From assembly GCF_009914755.1 (NCBI RefSeq), contig NC_060925.1: DNA of 64,000 nucleotides, one strand, 5' to 3'. The notes beneath the pieces were generated by a model. That model was given only the letters and a program-made list of their open reading frames with translations, was not told the origin of the DNA and ran no database searches. This document shows, piece after piece, positions 45,358 through 64,000 of the stretch (the first letter of the stretch is position 1; each line of letters starts with the position of its first letter). The stretch comes from the human T2T-CHM13v2.0 reference genome, Homo sapiens. The position numbers and the translations under genes are program-made.

Positions 45358-45585
45358 ATGGTGGGAGGATTGCTTGAGGCCAGGAGTTTGAGACCAGCCT
45401 GGGCAACATACCAGGACCCCGTCTCTACAAAAAAAAATTTTTTTAATGAGGCAGGCAAAGTGGCACATACCTGTAGTCCTAGCTACTCGAGAGGCTGAGG
45501 CAGGAGGATCCCTTGAGCCCAGGAGTTTGAGGCTATAGTGAGCTATAATCATGTCAGGAATGAGACCCTATCTCTTAAAAAAAAT
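45358..45585 (+). mobile_element. Partial AluJ
   Basis: 5'-truncated, with an internally deleted right arm. Confidence 0.85.
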
Positions 45586-46045
45586 AGAGAAAGAAAGAAA
45601 TTACTAACAGAAAGATATTCAGAAATTAATAATTAATAGCACACTTCTAAATAAACTGTGAGTTGAATAAATCACAAAGGAGATTACAAAATATTACACA
45701 TATCAACCAACAAATTGAAATGTATCAAACACAATATATGAAAATTTGTAGGTTGTAGCTAGAGTAGTATTTAAATGGAAACTTACAGTATTAAATACTT
45801 ATATTAGAAAATAATGAAGATTTCAAATTAGTGATCTAAAATTCTACCTTGAGAATCTTAAAAAGAAGGAGGAAAATACTTATTTTAAGTAGAAGGAAGA
45901 AAATAATAAAAAGTAGAAACCAGTGCAATAGAAAATAGAAAAAAACCAATGAAATACAAAGCTCATTCTTTGAGATCAATAAAAGTGATAAACCTCTAGC
46001 TAGACTGCTTAGGAAGAAATTAAGCACAAATTAGTGCTATCCGGA

Positions 46046-46172
46046 GGCCGGGTGCAGTGGCTCATGCCTGTAATCCCAGTGCTTTGGGAGGCTGAAGCAG
46101 GAGGATTGCTTGAGTCCAGGAGTTTGAGACAAGCCTGGGCAAATAGTGAGACTCTGTCACTACAAAAGAAAA
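46046..46172 (+). mobile_element. Alu monomer (FLAM_C-like)
   Basis: ggccgggtgcagtggctcatgcc...agtgagactctgtcactacaaaa. Confidence 0.88.
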
Positions 46173-46244
46173 CAATATCAGGAATGAGAGAGGTGACATC
46201 ACTGAAAATCCTATAGATGTTAAGTGTGTAAGTGTATGATAAAG

Positions 46245-46559
46245 ATTTTTTTTTTTTTTTTTTTTTTTGAGACAGAGTCTCACTCTGTCACCCAGGTCCT
46301 GGAATTCAATGATGTGATTAGAGCTCAACTTCCATTTCTTCCATCTCCTGGGCTCAAGTTATCCTCTTGCCTCAACTTCCTCAGTTACTGGAACTACAGA
46401 TGTGTGCCACCATGCCCAGCTAATTTTTTTTTAATTCTTATTAGAGACGACATCTTGCTATGTTGCCTAGGCTGGTCTCAAACTCTTGAGCTCAAGCGAT
46501 CCTCTGGCCTTGGCCTCCCAAAGTGTTGGAATTACAGACGTGAGGCCCCACACCCGGCC
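46245..46559 (-). mobile_element. AluJ
   Basis: Poly-T followed by a J-type dimer. Confidence 0.92.
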
Positions 46560-49255
46560 TAATAAGGAATATTCTGAATAACTTTATGCCAATAAACTCA
46601 ACAACTTAGATGAAATGGACAAATTCTTTAGAAGACAAAAACTACCAGTGCTCACTCATGAAGAAATAGGTGAGCTGAAAAATCCTCTATCTATTAAAGA
46701 AATTGAATTTTAGTTTTTAACTTTCCTATAAAGAAAACTTTAGCAGAGAGGGGTAGGCACCATCTCTGCTGTTTGGTCGACTCAGCCATTCCAGCCTGCG
46801 GGCTTTGGAGAGTCCAAAAGTTTCAGACAAGGGAGCGTCCCCCCAGCAGCACAACATAGTGGCTTTGCCAGATCATGACCAGACTGCTGCTTTAAGCAGC
46901 CTGGATCACTTCCTTCTCACTGGGCAGGGACTCCCAGTTGGGCCCTTCAGCCATGCCCACTGGCACATACTATGGACAGAGCTCTGATCTCTCCCTGGGA
47001 TGGAGTGCCCCAGGGAGGGGAGGGCTGCCACCTGGGTTGGATGGATGACTCAACTGTTCCAGCCTGCAGGCTTTGGAGAGTCCAAGCTGATGGGCAGAAG
47101 TGGTTCTCCACCAGGACACAGCTGTTTTGTTGAGGTGTGGCCAGACTGTTTCTTTAAGCGGGACTCTGATCCGCTCCTCATCTCAGCTGATCCTCCCAGC
47201 TGGCTCTTCACAGCCAGGGCCTCCAGCCACCACCCATGTTCTATGGAACTGACAGAGCTCCAATTTCTCCCTGGGACAGAGTGCCTGAGGGGTGGGCAAG
47301 CTGCCACCTTGGCCGTTTGGGCTCGTCAACGGGTCCAACCTGTAGGCCTTGGAGAGCCCAGACCAATAGGGAGCTGAAGGGATCCCCAACACAACACAAC
47401 ACAACTCCTTTACCAAAAAGCAGCCACACTGATGCCATTCGTCCTGACTGGGTGAGACCTCCTTACTGGAGTATCCAGCCACCTCCTACAGGTACGTTCG
47501 GGCTGGCAGTAGTTCAGTACCCACCTGGGACAGAGCTTCCAGAGGAAGCAGCAAGCTGCCATCCTTGCTGTTTTGCAGACTTCACTGGCAATACCTCCAG
47601 GTACAGGAAGAACCAAGGCAACTAGGGTCTGGAGCAGACCCCCAGCACGCTCCAGCAGCCCTGCAGAAGAGTGGCCAGACTGTTAAAAGAAAAACAAACA
47701 AATAAACAGAAAACAGCAACGAAGAAAAACCACAAAAACCCCATCCAAAGATCAGCAACCTCAAAGATCAAAGGTACATAAGCCCACAATGATGAGAAAG
47801 AATCAATGCAAAAAAAGCTGAAAACTCAAAAAGCTAGGGTACCCCCTCTCCTCCAAATGACCACAACACTTCTCCAGCAAGGTCTCAGAACCAGGCTAAG
47901 GCTGAGATGGCTGAAATGAGAGAAGTAGGCTTTAGAAGATGGTTAATAATGAACTTCACTGAGCTAAAGGAGCACATTGTAACCCAATGCAAAGAAGCTA
48001 AGAATTATCATAGAACAGTACAGGAGCTGACAGCCAAAGCCATTTTAGAGAGGAACATAACCCCCTGTTATAGCTGAAAACACACTACAAGAACTTCTCA
48101 ATGCAATCACAAGTATTCATAGCAGAATAAACCAAGCGGGGAAAAGAACCTAAGAGCTGGAAGACTGGCTTTCTGAATTAAGACAGGCAGACAAGAATAA
48201 AGAAAAAAGAATGAAAATGAATGAACAAAACCTCCGAGAAATCAGGGATTATATAAAGAGACCAAATCTACGACTGACTGGGGTACCTGAAAATGATGGG
48301 GAGAATGGAACCAAGTTGGAAAACATACTTCAGGATATCATCAAAGAGAACTTCCCCAACCTAGCAAGACAGGCCAAGCCAACATTCAAATTCAGGAAAT
48401 GCAGAGAACCCCAGTAAGATACTCCATGAGAAAATCATCCCCAAGACAATTCATAATCAGATTCTCTAAGGTTGAAATGAAAGAAAAAATGTTAAGCACA
48501 GCCAGAGAGAAAGGCCAGGTCACATACAAAGGGAAGCCACCAGATAAAAACAGTGGACCTCTCAGCAGAAACCCTGCAAGCCAGAAGAGATTGGGGCCAG
48601 TAGTCAACATTACCAACCCAGAATTTCATATCTGGCCAAACCAAGCTTCATAAGCAAAGGAGAATTAATATCCTTTACAGACAAGCAAATGCTAAGGGAA
48701 TTCATTACTGCTAGACCTGCCTTGCAAAAGCACCTTAAGGAAACACTAAATATGAAAAGGAAAAAGCATCATTACCAACCACTACAAAAATACACTGTGG
48801 TGCACAGACCAGTGACGTTATGAAGCAGCCACCATAAACAAGTCTGCAAAATAACCAGCTAGCATCATGATGACAGGATCAAATCCACACATAACCATGC
48901 TATCCTTAAATATAAATGGGCTAAATGCCCCAATTAAAAGACACAGAATAGCAAGCTGTATAAAGAGTCAAGATCCATCAATATACTGTCTTCAAGAGAC
49001 CCATCTCACATGCAAAGACACACATAGGCTCAAAATAAAGGGATGGAGGAAAATTTATCAAGCCAATGGAAAAAAGCAATTCTAGTTTCAGACAAAATAG
49101 ACTTCAACCAACAGACTTTAAAATAGACTTTAAACTAACAAAGATCAGAAAAGTCAAAGAAGGGCATTACATAATGGTAAAGGGTTCAATTCAACAATAA
49201 GAGCCAACTACCCTAAATATATATGCTCCCGATACAGGAGCACCCAGATTCATAA

Positions 49256-49639
<384 letters not shown>

Positions 49640-49918
49640 TGACAATAGTAGGCAGATCATTGAGACGGAAAATTAACAAAGATATTCAGGACCTGAATTC
49701 AGCTCTGGATCAAGAGGACCCGATAGTTATCTACAGAACTCTCCACCCCAAAACAACAGAATATACATTCTTCTCATCACTGCATGGCACTTAGTCTAAA
49801 ACTGATCACATAATCAGAAGTAAAACACTCCTCAGCAAATGCAAAAGAACTGAAATCATAACAATCTCTCAGACCACAGTGCAATCAAATTAGAAATCAA
49901 GATTAAGAAATTCACTCA

Positions 49919-50149
<231 letters not shown>

Positions 50150-51817
50150 AAGAAGTTCACTTAAAACCATACAACTACATGGAAATTGAACAACCTGCTC
50201 TTGCATGATTCTTGGGTAAATAATGAAATTAAGACAGAAATCAAGAAGTTCTTTGAAACCAGTGAGAACAAAAAGACAACACATCAGAATCTCTGAGATA
50301 CAGCTAAAGCAGTGTTAAGAGGGAAATTTATAGTACTAAATGTCCACATCAAAAGGCTAGAAAGATCTCAAGTTAACAACCTAACATCACAACTAAAAGA
50401 ACTAGAGAACCAAGAGCAAACAAACCCCAAAGCTAGAAGAAGACAAGAAATAACCAAGATCAGAGCTGGACTGAAGCAGACAGAGACATGAAAAACCCTT
50501 CAAAAAATCAACAAATCTAGGAGCTGGGTTTTTGAAAAAAATAATAAAATAGACTTCAAGCTAGATTAATAAACAAGAAAAGAGAGAAGATTCAAATAAA
50601 CACAATCAGAAATGATAAGGGGGAATACCACCACTGACCCCACAGAAATACAAACAACCATCAGAAAATACTATAAACACCTCTTTGCAAATAAACTAGA
50701 AAATCTAGAAGAAAATGGATAAATTCCTGGACATATACACCCTGTCAAGGCTGAACCAGGAAGAAATTGATTCCCTGAAGAGACCAATAGCCAGTTCTGA
50801 AATTGAGGCAGTAATAAATAGCCTACCAACCAAAAAAAGCCCAGGACCAGATGGATTTATAGCTGAATTCTACCAGAGGTACAAAGAGGAGCTGGCACCA
50901 TTTCTTCTGAAGCTATTCCAAACAATTGAAAAGGAGGGACTCCTCCCTAACCATTTTATGAGGCCAGCATCATCCTGATACCAAAACCTGGCAGAGATAC
51001 AACAAAAAAAGAAAACTTCAGGCCAGTATCCCTAATGAACATCAATGCAAAAACCCTCAGTAAAATACTGGCAAACCGAATCCAACAGCACATCAAAAAA
51101 CTTATCCACCACAATCAAGTCAGCTTTATCCCGAGGATGCAAGGCTGGTTCAACATACACAAATCAATAAACGTAATTCACCACATAAATAGAACTAAAG
51201 ACAAAAACCACGATTATCTCAATAGATGCAGAAAAGGCCTTTGATAAAATTTAACAACCCTTCAGGTTAAAAATTCTCAATAAACTAGATATTGAAGAAA
51301 CATATCTCAAAATAATAAGAGCCATTTATGACAGACCCACAGCCAATATCATACCGAATGGGCAAAAGCTGGAACCATTCCCCTTGAAAACCAGCACAAG
51401 ACAAGGATGCCCTCTTTCACCACTCCTATTCAATATAGTTTTGGAAGTTCTGACCAGGGCGATCAAGAAAAAGAAAGAAAGAAAGCATATTCATATAGGA
51501 AGAGGAAGTCAAACTATCCCTGTTTGCCGATGACATGATCTCCTATATCTAGAAAATTCCACCGTTTCTGCCCAAAAGCTTCTTAAACTGATAGGCAACT
51601 TCAGCAAAATCTCAGGGTACAAAATCAATGTGCAAAAATTGCTAGCATTCCTATATATCAACAACAGGCAAGCTGAGAGCCAAAATCCAGAATGAACTCC
51701 CATTCACAATTGCCATAAAAAAGAATAAAATACCTAGAAATACAGCTAACAAGGGAAGTGAATGACCTCTTCAAGGAGAACTACAAACGACTGCTCAAAG
51801 AAATCAGAGATGATGAT

Positions 51818-52102
<285 letters not shown>

Positions 52103-52977
52103 AGAAATCAGAGATGATGACACAAACAAATGGAAAAACATTCCATACTTATGAATAGGAAGAATCAGTATCATCAAAATGGCCATACTGCCCAAAGTAA
52201 TTTATAGATTCAGTGCTATTCCCATTAAACTAACATTGACATTCTTCACAGAATTAGAAAAAAACTATTTTAAAATTCATTTGGAACAGAAAATCAGATG
52301 TTCTCACTTATAATTGAGAGCTGAATGATGAGAACACATGGACACATGGTGGGGAACAACACACACTGGGGCCTGTTGGAGGGTTGCGGGTGGGAGGAAG
52401 GACAGCATCAGTAAGAATAGCTAATGAATGCTGGGCTTAATATGTAGGTGATAGGATGATCTGTGCAGCTAATACCATGGCACACGTTTATGTAACAAAC
52501 CTGCACAACCTGTGCATGTACCCCTGAACTTAAAAGTTGGAAAACAGAAAACTTTAGGCCCAGGTGATACTGGTAAATTGTTCTGAATATTTAAGAAAGA
52601 AATAATACCAATTCTACACAAACTCTTCTAGAAAATAGTGGAGGGAACATTTCCCAACTCATTCTGTGTTGTGAACATGATTCTGATTCTAAAATCAGAT
52701 AAAAATATTAAAAGAAAATGTTAGGCTAAAATTTTTCTTGAATGTAGACTCAAAAATTCTTAACAGTATTTTAGCAAGTCAATATATATAGCAATATGTA
52801 AAAGGATAATACATTATGATCAAGTGGAGTTTGTTTCAGGAATGCCAAGTTGGTATAACATTTGAAAATTAATATAGTAATATTAGAAAACAAAAACCAA
52901 TTAATTTTTTCAATAGATGCAGAAAAATTATTTGGCAAAATTCAACTCCCATTTATGACAGAATCTGTCAGAAAACT

Positions 52978-54170
52978 AGTCTGCCATTTATTACCCATTG
53001 CCTCTTGGCTATAAATCTACTTTTTTGCCTGCTTGTGATACTGTAACATTTGTCTCCTGTCCATTGGCACAGTGTTAAGCTTTCAATAGCGAGCACAGAA
53101 AGGATACTGGAGAAAGAAGAGAGTTCTTTTCCTGGTTCCAGTGTGTCTTTTTCTTTTTGCTCCTGCTATCCAAAAAGACACCCAGCAAGTTTCAGCAGTA
53201 CCCTAGCAGTCAGCTTCCCTGTGACAAGTTCAGTGGCACACCTGCAGGAGACTTCCTTACAGCAAGTTCAGCAACACCCTCATAGGTGATTTCATGAGTA
53301 CCAGCAGTGCACCAGCTGACTTATAGTTTCCTGGTGAGTTCTGTGACATCCCATTTGGTCCCCCAGTTTTCAGCAACATCCTCTGAGAACCAGTTTTCCT
53401 ATGGGTTTCTCGCAAGTCCAGCCAATGTCTTAGCTGGTTTTCTATTCACAAACCTCACTCACCACCATAGGTAGCTTGCTGGCGAATTTCACTGATACCC
53501 CATGCAGTTTCCTGCCTGTTAAATCCCTGACCCACTAACTGTGAACTAGCTCTGTCCTCAGGCAACCCAGGAAAATTCCCCACCATCCAGTGGGCTGTTA
53601 CCATACCCTCTTCAATGAGGTCTAAATCCCAGACCTTGGGAGAGTCCCTCCCTTCCAAGTTTGTTCCTTATTTAAATATTCTCCCTCAGCTTTAGGGTGA
53701 TATTCTTTAGAGTCCTCGTTTATTCCTACTTAGTTAATTCCCTGTAAACAGTTAACAATTCTGTATATTAAACTGTCTCTGTTCAGATTGCCATGTGGTT
53801 TCTCTCTCTTCTCTGGATCTTGATACAGAATTAGTACTAGCAGCGCTCCCAGGAGACAGAACCTCTAAGAAGGGATTTCAGAATTGGTTTTGGTTGTCTT
53901 GGCTGATCTTACGTGGAGTGCCAAGTTTCTTCCAATGAGAGGTGGGATGCTGATAATTCATGAGAAGCCATGGCATCACAATTTAATTACAGTATCACTT
54001 ATGGTTGATTGTGAAGAAATGACAAATGAACCCAGTACCTTGAGAGCCCAAATGACTGCTGCACTTGACTGTTATGGCAGTAGTTATGGCTACGAACACT
54101 GTAGTTTAGGATAGAGTCTCCTGTGTGGCAAGTGCTTACAGAGAGAAACTGGCAAGATAAAATCAAATGG
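52978..54170 (+). mobile_element. LTR41/LTR33-like ERVL LTR (to 53827) plus the start of ERVL internal sequence
   Basis: gccatttattacccattgcctct...cctggttccagtgtg...tatattaaactgtctctgttcagattgccatgtggtttct...GATACA, then a gaattagtactag PBS-like region. Confidence 0.7.
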
Positions 54171-54281
54171 TTTACTATTGTTGTTATTATTATGAACTAA
54201 TAAAATAAGATTTTGTTACTATTTTTCAATGATCTCTACTTGATACAGATGTCTGATAATAGAAAAACTTAAGGAGACATT

Positions 54282-54410
54282 GGTTGGGCATGTTGGCTCA
54301 CACCTGTAGTCCCAGCACTTTGGGAGGCTGAGGCGGAAGGAACTCTTGAAGCCAGGAGTTCAAGATCAGCCTGGGCAACATAGCAAGACTGCACCTCTAA
54401 AACAAATGAA
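54282..54410 (+). mobile_element. Alu monomer (FLAM_C-like)
   Basis: Single arm. Confidence 0.85.
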
Positions 54411-54518
54411 TGAATGGAAGCATTAACACAAAATAAATACCAAATAAAAATCATTTAAAATTTGAAAGATAATCACATACGTATTTAGTATTTGAATTTT
54501 TCATACCTAAAATTGTAG

Positions 54519-54840
<322 letters not shown>

Positions 54841-54844
54841 ACCC

Positions 54845-55250
54845 TGAAATGAAATTTTAAAGCACAAAGTATCAATTGTTTTATCTGATGGTCTTGATCT
54901 TTGTTTGGTGATAAATATGCCAGAAAAAAATGTATTTCATTTTGCACTGACATTCATCAAATTATTAAGAATGTATCCAAAAACATCCTCATATCGGGCA
55001 TTACAAAGTATGTTGTTTCATGTAATCTCATTTTCTTTTTTAATTCTGAAAGCATTTCGTCTGCTTCTCCTGATTTTGATTTTGCCGTTGAAATCTATTA
55101 AATATATTGCTTTTATTTCAGATTTTAGATCCGTTTCTTATTTCATGTTGGAATGTTCCACAACAGCATTCACTTTCTCTCTTTGCATTTTTTCTGTTAA
55201 ATATTTACAAAGCACTGAAGCTTGTAACAAATAATCAGTGAAAAATGCCA
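54845..55250 (-). mobile_element. hAT (Blackjack-like) transposase fossil, C-terminal dimerisation domain
   Basis: The minus strand reads ...SVQNE..F then, after a frameshift, [23 protein letters not shown]. This resembles the hAT motif SVxxERxFSxxGxxxTKxRSRLSDxTIDxLCF. Confidence 0.6.
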
Positions 55251-55809
55251 GAAAATATTATTGGATAGTATTCAAATAACCTAACATTTAGATTTCTGAG
55301 CATGGTTAACAGCATTACACAGAGTTGTGTGTTGAAACTGCCAATTTAAGGACTTACTTAGCCTCCAAACTTGTTATTTCTTGGAACTCAACTCATAGGA
55401 TTTATATGAAGTATAATATACATATCATCTTATTAGTATTGTTTTATGTAAGAAAGACCCACCACTAGCAGATATGGCCATGAGCACACACTTGTGGGAA
55501 CAGCTGCAAGTAAGACTGACTTGAGTGTATTGTGACTACTACTCTCCCACATGCTTCTGTCCTGGTTCCTGGAAATATCAACCTTAACCTTTGATTCTGC
55601 CTTTCAGTGTTTCCTGCTCTTGCTTTCATTTGATATCAGCTGATTTCTTCAAGCCAGATGTCTCTATGTCAAATTATTAAACTTTAGTTTGTGCAGGAGA
55701 ATTAGAACTTTTTTTGTCATTTTTCATATCAACTGATTTGTTGTAAATTTAGAGAAAGCAAATTACCCTAGAAACTCCAGAAGGAATTCCTACTTAGTAA
55801 CATAAATCA

Positions 55810-58720
55810 ACCGCAGCTCTCATATATTGCAGGTGGGAATGCAAAGACATCTACTTTGGAAAATAATGTGATGTTTTCTTATCAAATTAAACATACACTT
55901 AACCATAATACCTAGTAATTTCACTCCTAGGTATTAACTCAACATACATTTAAATATATGTCTACCCAAAGTCATGTAAGTTAATAGCAGCTTTATTTAT
56001 TATAGCCCAAATGTGGAAACAACCCAAATTTCCATCATTGGTGAATGGATAATTAATTTTGGTATATTCATACAGTAGAATACCAATTGAATAAAACAAG
56101 ACAAAAGATCAATGAGGAAACAGAGGACTTGAACAATACAAGACCAAATGGACCTAACCGACATACAGAACATTTCATCCAATAACAGCAGAATATACAC
56201 TCTTATCAAGCATGCATGGAAGATTCTCTATGATAAACCACATTAGACCACAAAACAAGTCTTAATAAATTTAAGATTTAAATTATGCAAAGTATCATCT
56301 CTGACCATAATGGAATGAAACTAAAATTAATTAGCAGAAAGAAAACAGGAAAATTTGCAAATACATGGAAAGTAAACAGTGTGTTCTTAAACAACCAGTG
56401 GATCATGAGAGAATTTAGGAAATACCTGGAGATAAATTTTTTAAAAAGATACAACATACTAAAACTTATGGAATATAGTAAAAGCAGTACTAAGAGGGAA
56501 GTTTATAGCAGTAAACAGATTAAAAGAGAAGAAAAATCTCAAGTCACCAACCTAATCTTATACCTTAAGGAATTAGACAAATAAGAATGAACTAAATCCA
56601 AAGTCAGCACAAAGAAGGAAATAATAAAGACTAGAGCAGAGATAAACTGAATAGAAAACATTAAAAAAAAAGAAAAAAATCAACCAAACCAGGAGTTGTT
56701 TTTTTTTAAAAAGAAAATCACTAAAATTGATAAACCCTTACTTAGATTAAGAAAAAAAGACTTAAATTTCTAAAATTAAAAATGAAAAAGGAGATATTAT
56801 AACTGATGTCACAGAAATGAAAAGAATTATAAAGACTGCTGTAGTGAAAAGTTAGATGCCCACAAATTGGATGATCTAGAAGAAATGGATAAAGTTTTAG
56901 AGATATAAACCTACCAAGACTGAATCATAAAGAAATAAAAAATCTGAAAAGACCTATAATGAGTGTGGAGATTAAAGCAGTAATCAAAAACCTCCCAACA
57001 AAGAAAAGCCCAGGACCAGGTGGGTCCCCTGGAGAATTCTACCAAACAGTTAATACCAGTCCTTCTCAAATTCTTCCAGTGAACGGAAGAGAAAGGGACA
57101 CTCTCAAACTCATTTAAACTCATTACCCTGATAACAAAACCAGACAAAGACACAATAAAGGAGAACTACAGGCCAATATCCCTGATGGATATTTGACACA
57201 AAAATTCTAAAGAAAATACTAGCAAACCAAATTATATTGCACATTAAAAAATCATACATCTTGACCAGCTAAAATTTATGCCTGGAATGCAAGGATGGTT
57301 CAACATATAAGACTCAGTCAATATATTATGCCACATTAACATCTCAATACAGAAAAGCAAAATTCAGTACCCTATCAGGATTTTTAAAAATACTCAACAA
57401 ATTAGGAGTAGAAGGAAACTACCTCAACATAATAAAAGCTAACATTATGCTTAACAGGAAAAGACAGAAGGCTTTTCCTGTGAGATCCTGCAATAAAGCA
57501 AGGATGCCTGGTCTTGCCATTACTATTCAACATAGTACTGGAAATTCTAGCCAGAGTAATAAGACAGCAAAAAGAAATAAAAGGCATTCAACTTAGAAAA
57601 GACTTAAAAGATCTCTCTTTGCAGATAACATCTTAAATGTAAAAAGAATTTGAACAACATGGGTGAATCTCAAAAGCATTATGCTAAGTAAAAGAAGCCA
57701 GACAACTACTGGAATCAAATTAATGTATGATTCCATTTGTATTAAATTATATTAAAGGCAAAACTATACTGACAGTAGGTCAGTAACTGCCCAGAGTGGA
57801 GGACTACAAAGAGGCCCAAGGAAACTTTGGGGGATAATGGTTTCCAAAGTTCACATAATTGTACTATTAGAATTAGTGCATTCTATTGTAGGTAAATTAT
57901 TTCTTTCATACCATCAATATTTAGAAAATGAAAGTTTATGAAAATATTACTTACCATAGCATATAAGTTTTTTAAAAATACCTAGAAATTAACCTCTAAT
58001 GAAACGTAAGTCCTCTATAGTGTGAAATTGAGGGATGCTAAAGAAGATCTAAATATGCTGACAGAAATTTCTTATTCATGAATTAAAGGCAGTATGGCAA
58101 AGATACCAGTTCTGCTCAAATTGACTTGTAGATTCAATGTAATTCCATAAAAATTTCAGCCTTTTTAGCCTGTTTATCTGATTCTAGAATGTATATGGAC
58201 AGGCTTTGAATACAAAAAGCAAGATAGGTGGACTTGCTATACTATATATCAAGATTTATTAGGAAAATAGAATAATTATAACACTGATAATGATACCAGA
58301 ATGGTCAGTAGATAGAAAGACTAGTAGTAAACACCCAAGCTTATATAGACATTTCCATGAAAGAAGTGCTGTGGCTGATCAGAAGGGAAATTAATGACTT
58401 TTAATAAATTATTTTGAGTAGTCATTTGGAAAAAAAGGAAATTAGACTGGTACTTCTCACCAGCTCCCCCATCCCCACCATCTGTTTTTTGTGTTAAAGT
58501 CCTAGGTGTGAAAGGCAAACCTGTAGTGCTTTTTAAAAAGAATATAGAATATCTCCATAGCTTTAGGAAAGGATTTTTTTCAACTAGACACAAAAACCAT
58601 TAGCTGTAAAGGAAAAGATTTATACATTTGACTACATTAAAATTAAGAGCTTCTGTCATCAAAATACAATTTCTTAAAAAGGTGAAAAAATCAGAATGTG
58701 ACAAGATACTCTCTGTTCCT
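55810..58720 (+). mobile_element. Cluster of old L1 fragments: L1ME 3' part (55810-56090 and 57640-57905) split by an internal L1M ORF2 piece (56091-57640), then another ORF2 fragment
   Basis: gcaggtgggaatgcaaa; aatttcactcctaggtatt; aagaaaagcccaggacca; ggaatgcaaggatggttcaacata; gaatctcaaaagcattatgctaagtaaaagaagccagac. Confidence 0.8.
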
Positions 58721-59357
58721 CTACATTTATTTCTGCAGTACAAAAAAGTTTACATGTGATTGGCACATATGTAGAAAATGACATGAATTTAACTCAGGTT
58801 ATACTAGTTTCTATGCCATTTTCCTCAGCAAGCTAATGTTTTTTATCATCAAATAGCTACAAGTAAATAAAATAAAAGAACACAACTGAATATTGCAGCT
58901 GAGGAAGAATATGGCAGTGTATATGATACCTATACACTTCAATTTATCCTCTTTTCTGTTTGACCATGTGTTCTGTTTTAAAAATCTTTATTGCACTATT
59001 TGCCCTATCTTCATTATTTAGTAGCCTAACACTTTCTTATACCCGTTTCTGTCAAGCCACCTTTTCTTTTCATTCCTTTCATTTTCTTAAAAGACCAGTA
59101 TTTTATTTACTCTGTTATTTTTAATTGGGAATTTAACATGTCTTTTAAACTGTATTAATATTTTAAATTAGGACCATTATTTATTTTGTTAGTGTTCTAG
59201 TTACAAAGTTGCAAAGGTTTTGAGAAGTCAACCATGACTCTATTTTCTTCATAATCTCTCTTATTATGGGTGCATGATTTTTCAGAAAGTACTATTTCAA
59301 GAAAACATATTTCACAGAAATCCCCCATTTGCAATACATATGTCTGACAATGGATCA

Positions 59358-59532
59358 CAGTACTTCATCAATACTAAGACAGTTATTTCACATTTTAACA
59401 TCTCTACAGTTGGGAAGCATCTTAGAATAGATGAAATCTTTCAATTATAATTGCCAGGGTTTTTTCTTTCTTAGAGATAAAATAATGATGCAGTTTAGAA
59501 GGGGTTGGTTACTTAGATTTGATGATTTACTA
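59358..59532 (+). mobile_element. MER104 (TcMar-Tc2) MITE
   Basis: cagtacttcatcaatactaagac...cacattttaacatctct...aattataattg...ttagatttgatga. Confidence 0.7.
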
Positions 59533-59564
59533 TAATATTCAGAATATAAAGAATTATAAATCAA

Positions 59565-64000
<4,436 letters not shown>

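Noticed and set aside
46805-47764. GC-rich ORF cluster or possible CpG-island promoter
   Set aside because: L1 5'UTR with depleted CpGs, not a host-gene promoter.

Overview
This is primate (human-like) genomic DNA: AT-rich, CpG-poor and dominated by transposable elements. Only one coding exon is supported, a 117-bp phase-1/phase-1 exon at 39209-39325 (+) encoding (G)[38 protein letters not shown](C). I recognise this peptide as MAGI3, most likely exon 2, linking PDZ0 to the guanylate-kinase-like domain. The rest of the window is therefore MAGI3 intron. It holds about 25 Alu copies or monomers, young to old L1s (L1PA3/4, L1PA8, L1PA12/13-like, L1M), a full-length THE1 MaLR provirus, several LTRs (LTR10-, MER68-, MLT1A- and LTR41-like), DNA-transposon fossils (MER20, MER44, MER104, Arthur1-like, hAT-Blackjack-like) and L2/MIR/CR1 relics. 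Nearly all ORFs in the track are repeat-derived or chance ORFs. I found no convincing new gene system. The most notable unexplained structures are: a perfect 29-bp-arm AT-rich palindrome with a nested hairpin; a template-switch scar inside an Alu; a tiny young L1 with no TSD; inverted Alu and L1 pairs around an in-frame skippable exon; and a THE1 whose DUX4 motif is altered in both LTRs. Repeat subfamily calls come from remembered consensus sequences and need RepeatMasker/Dfam confirmation.
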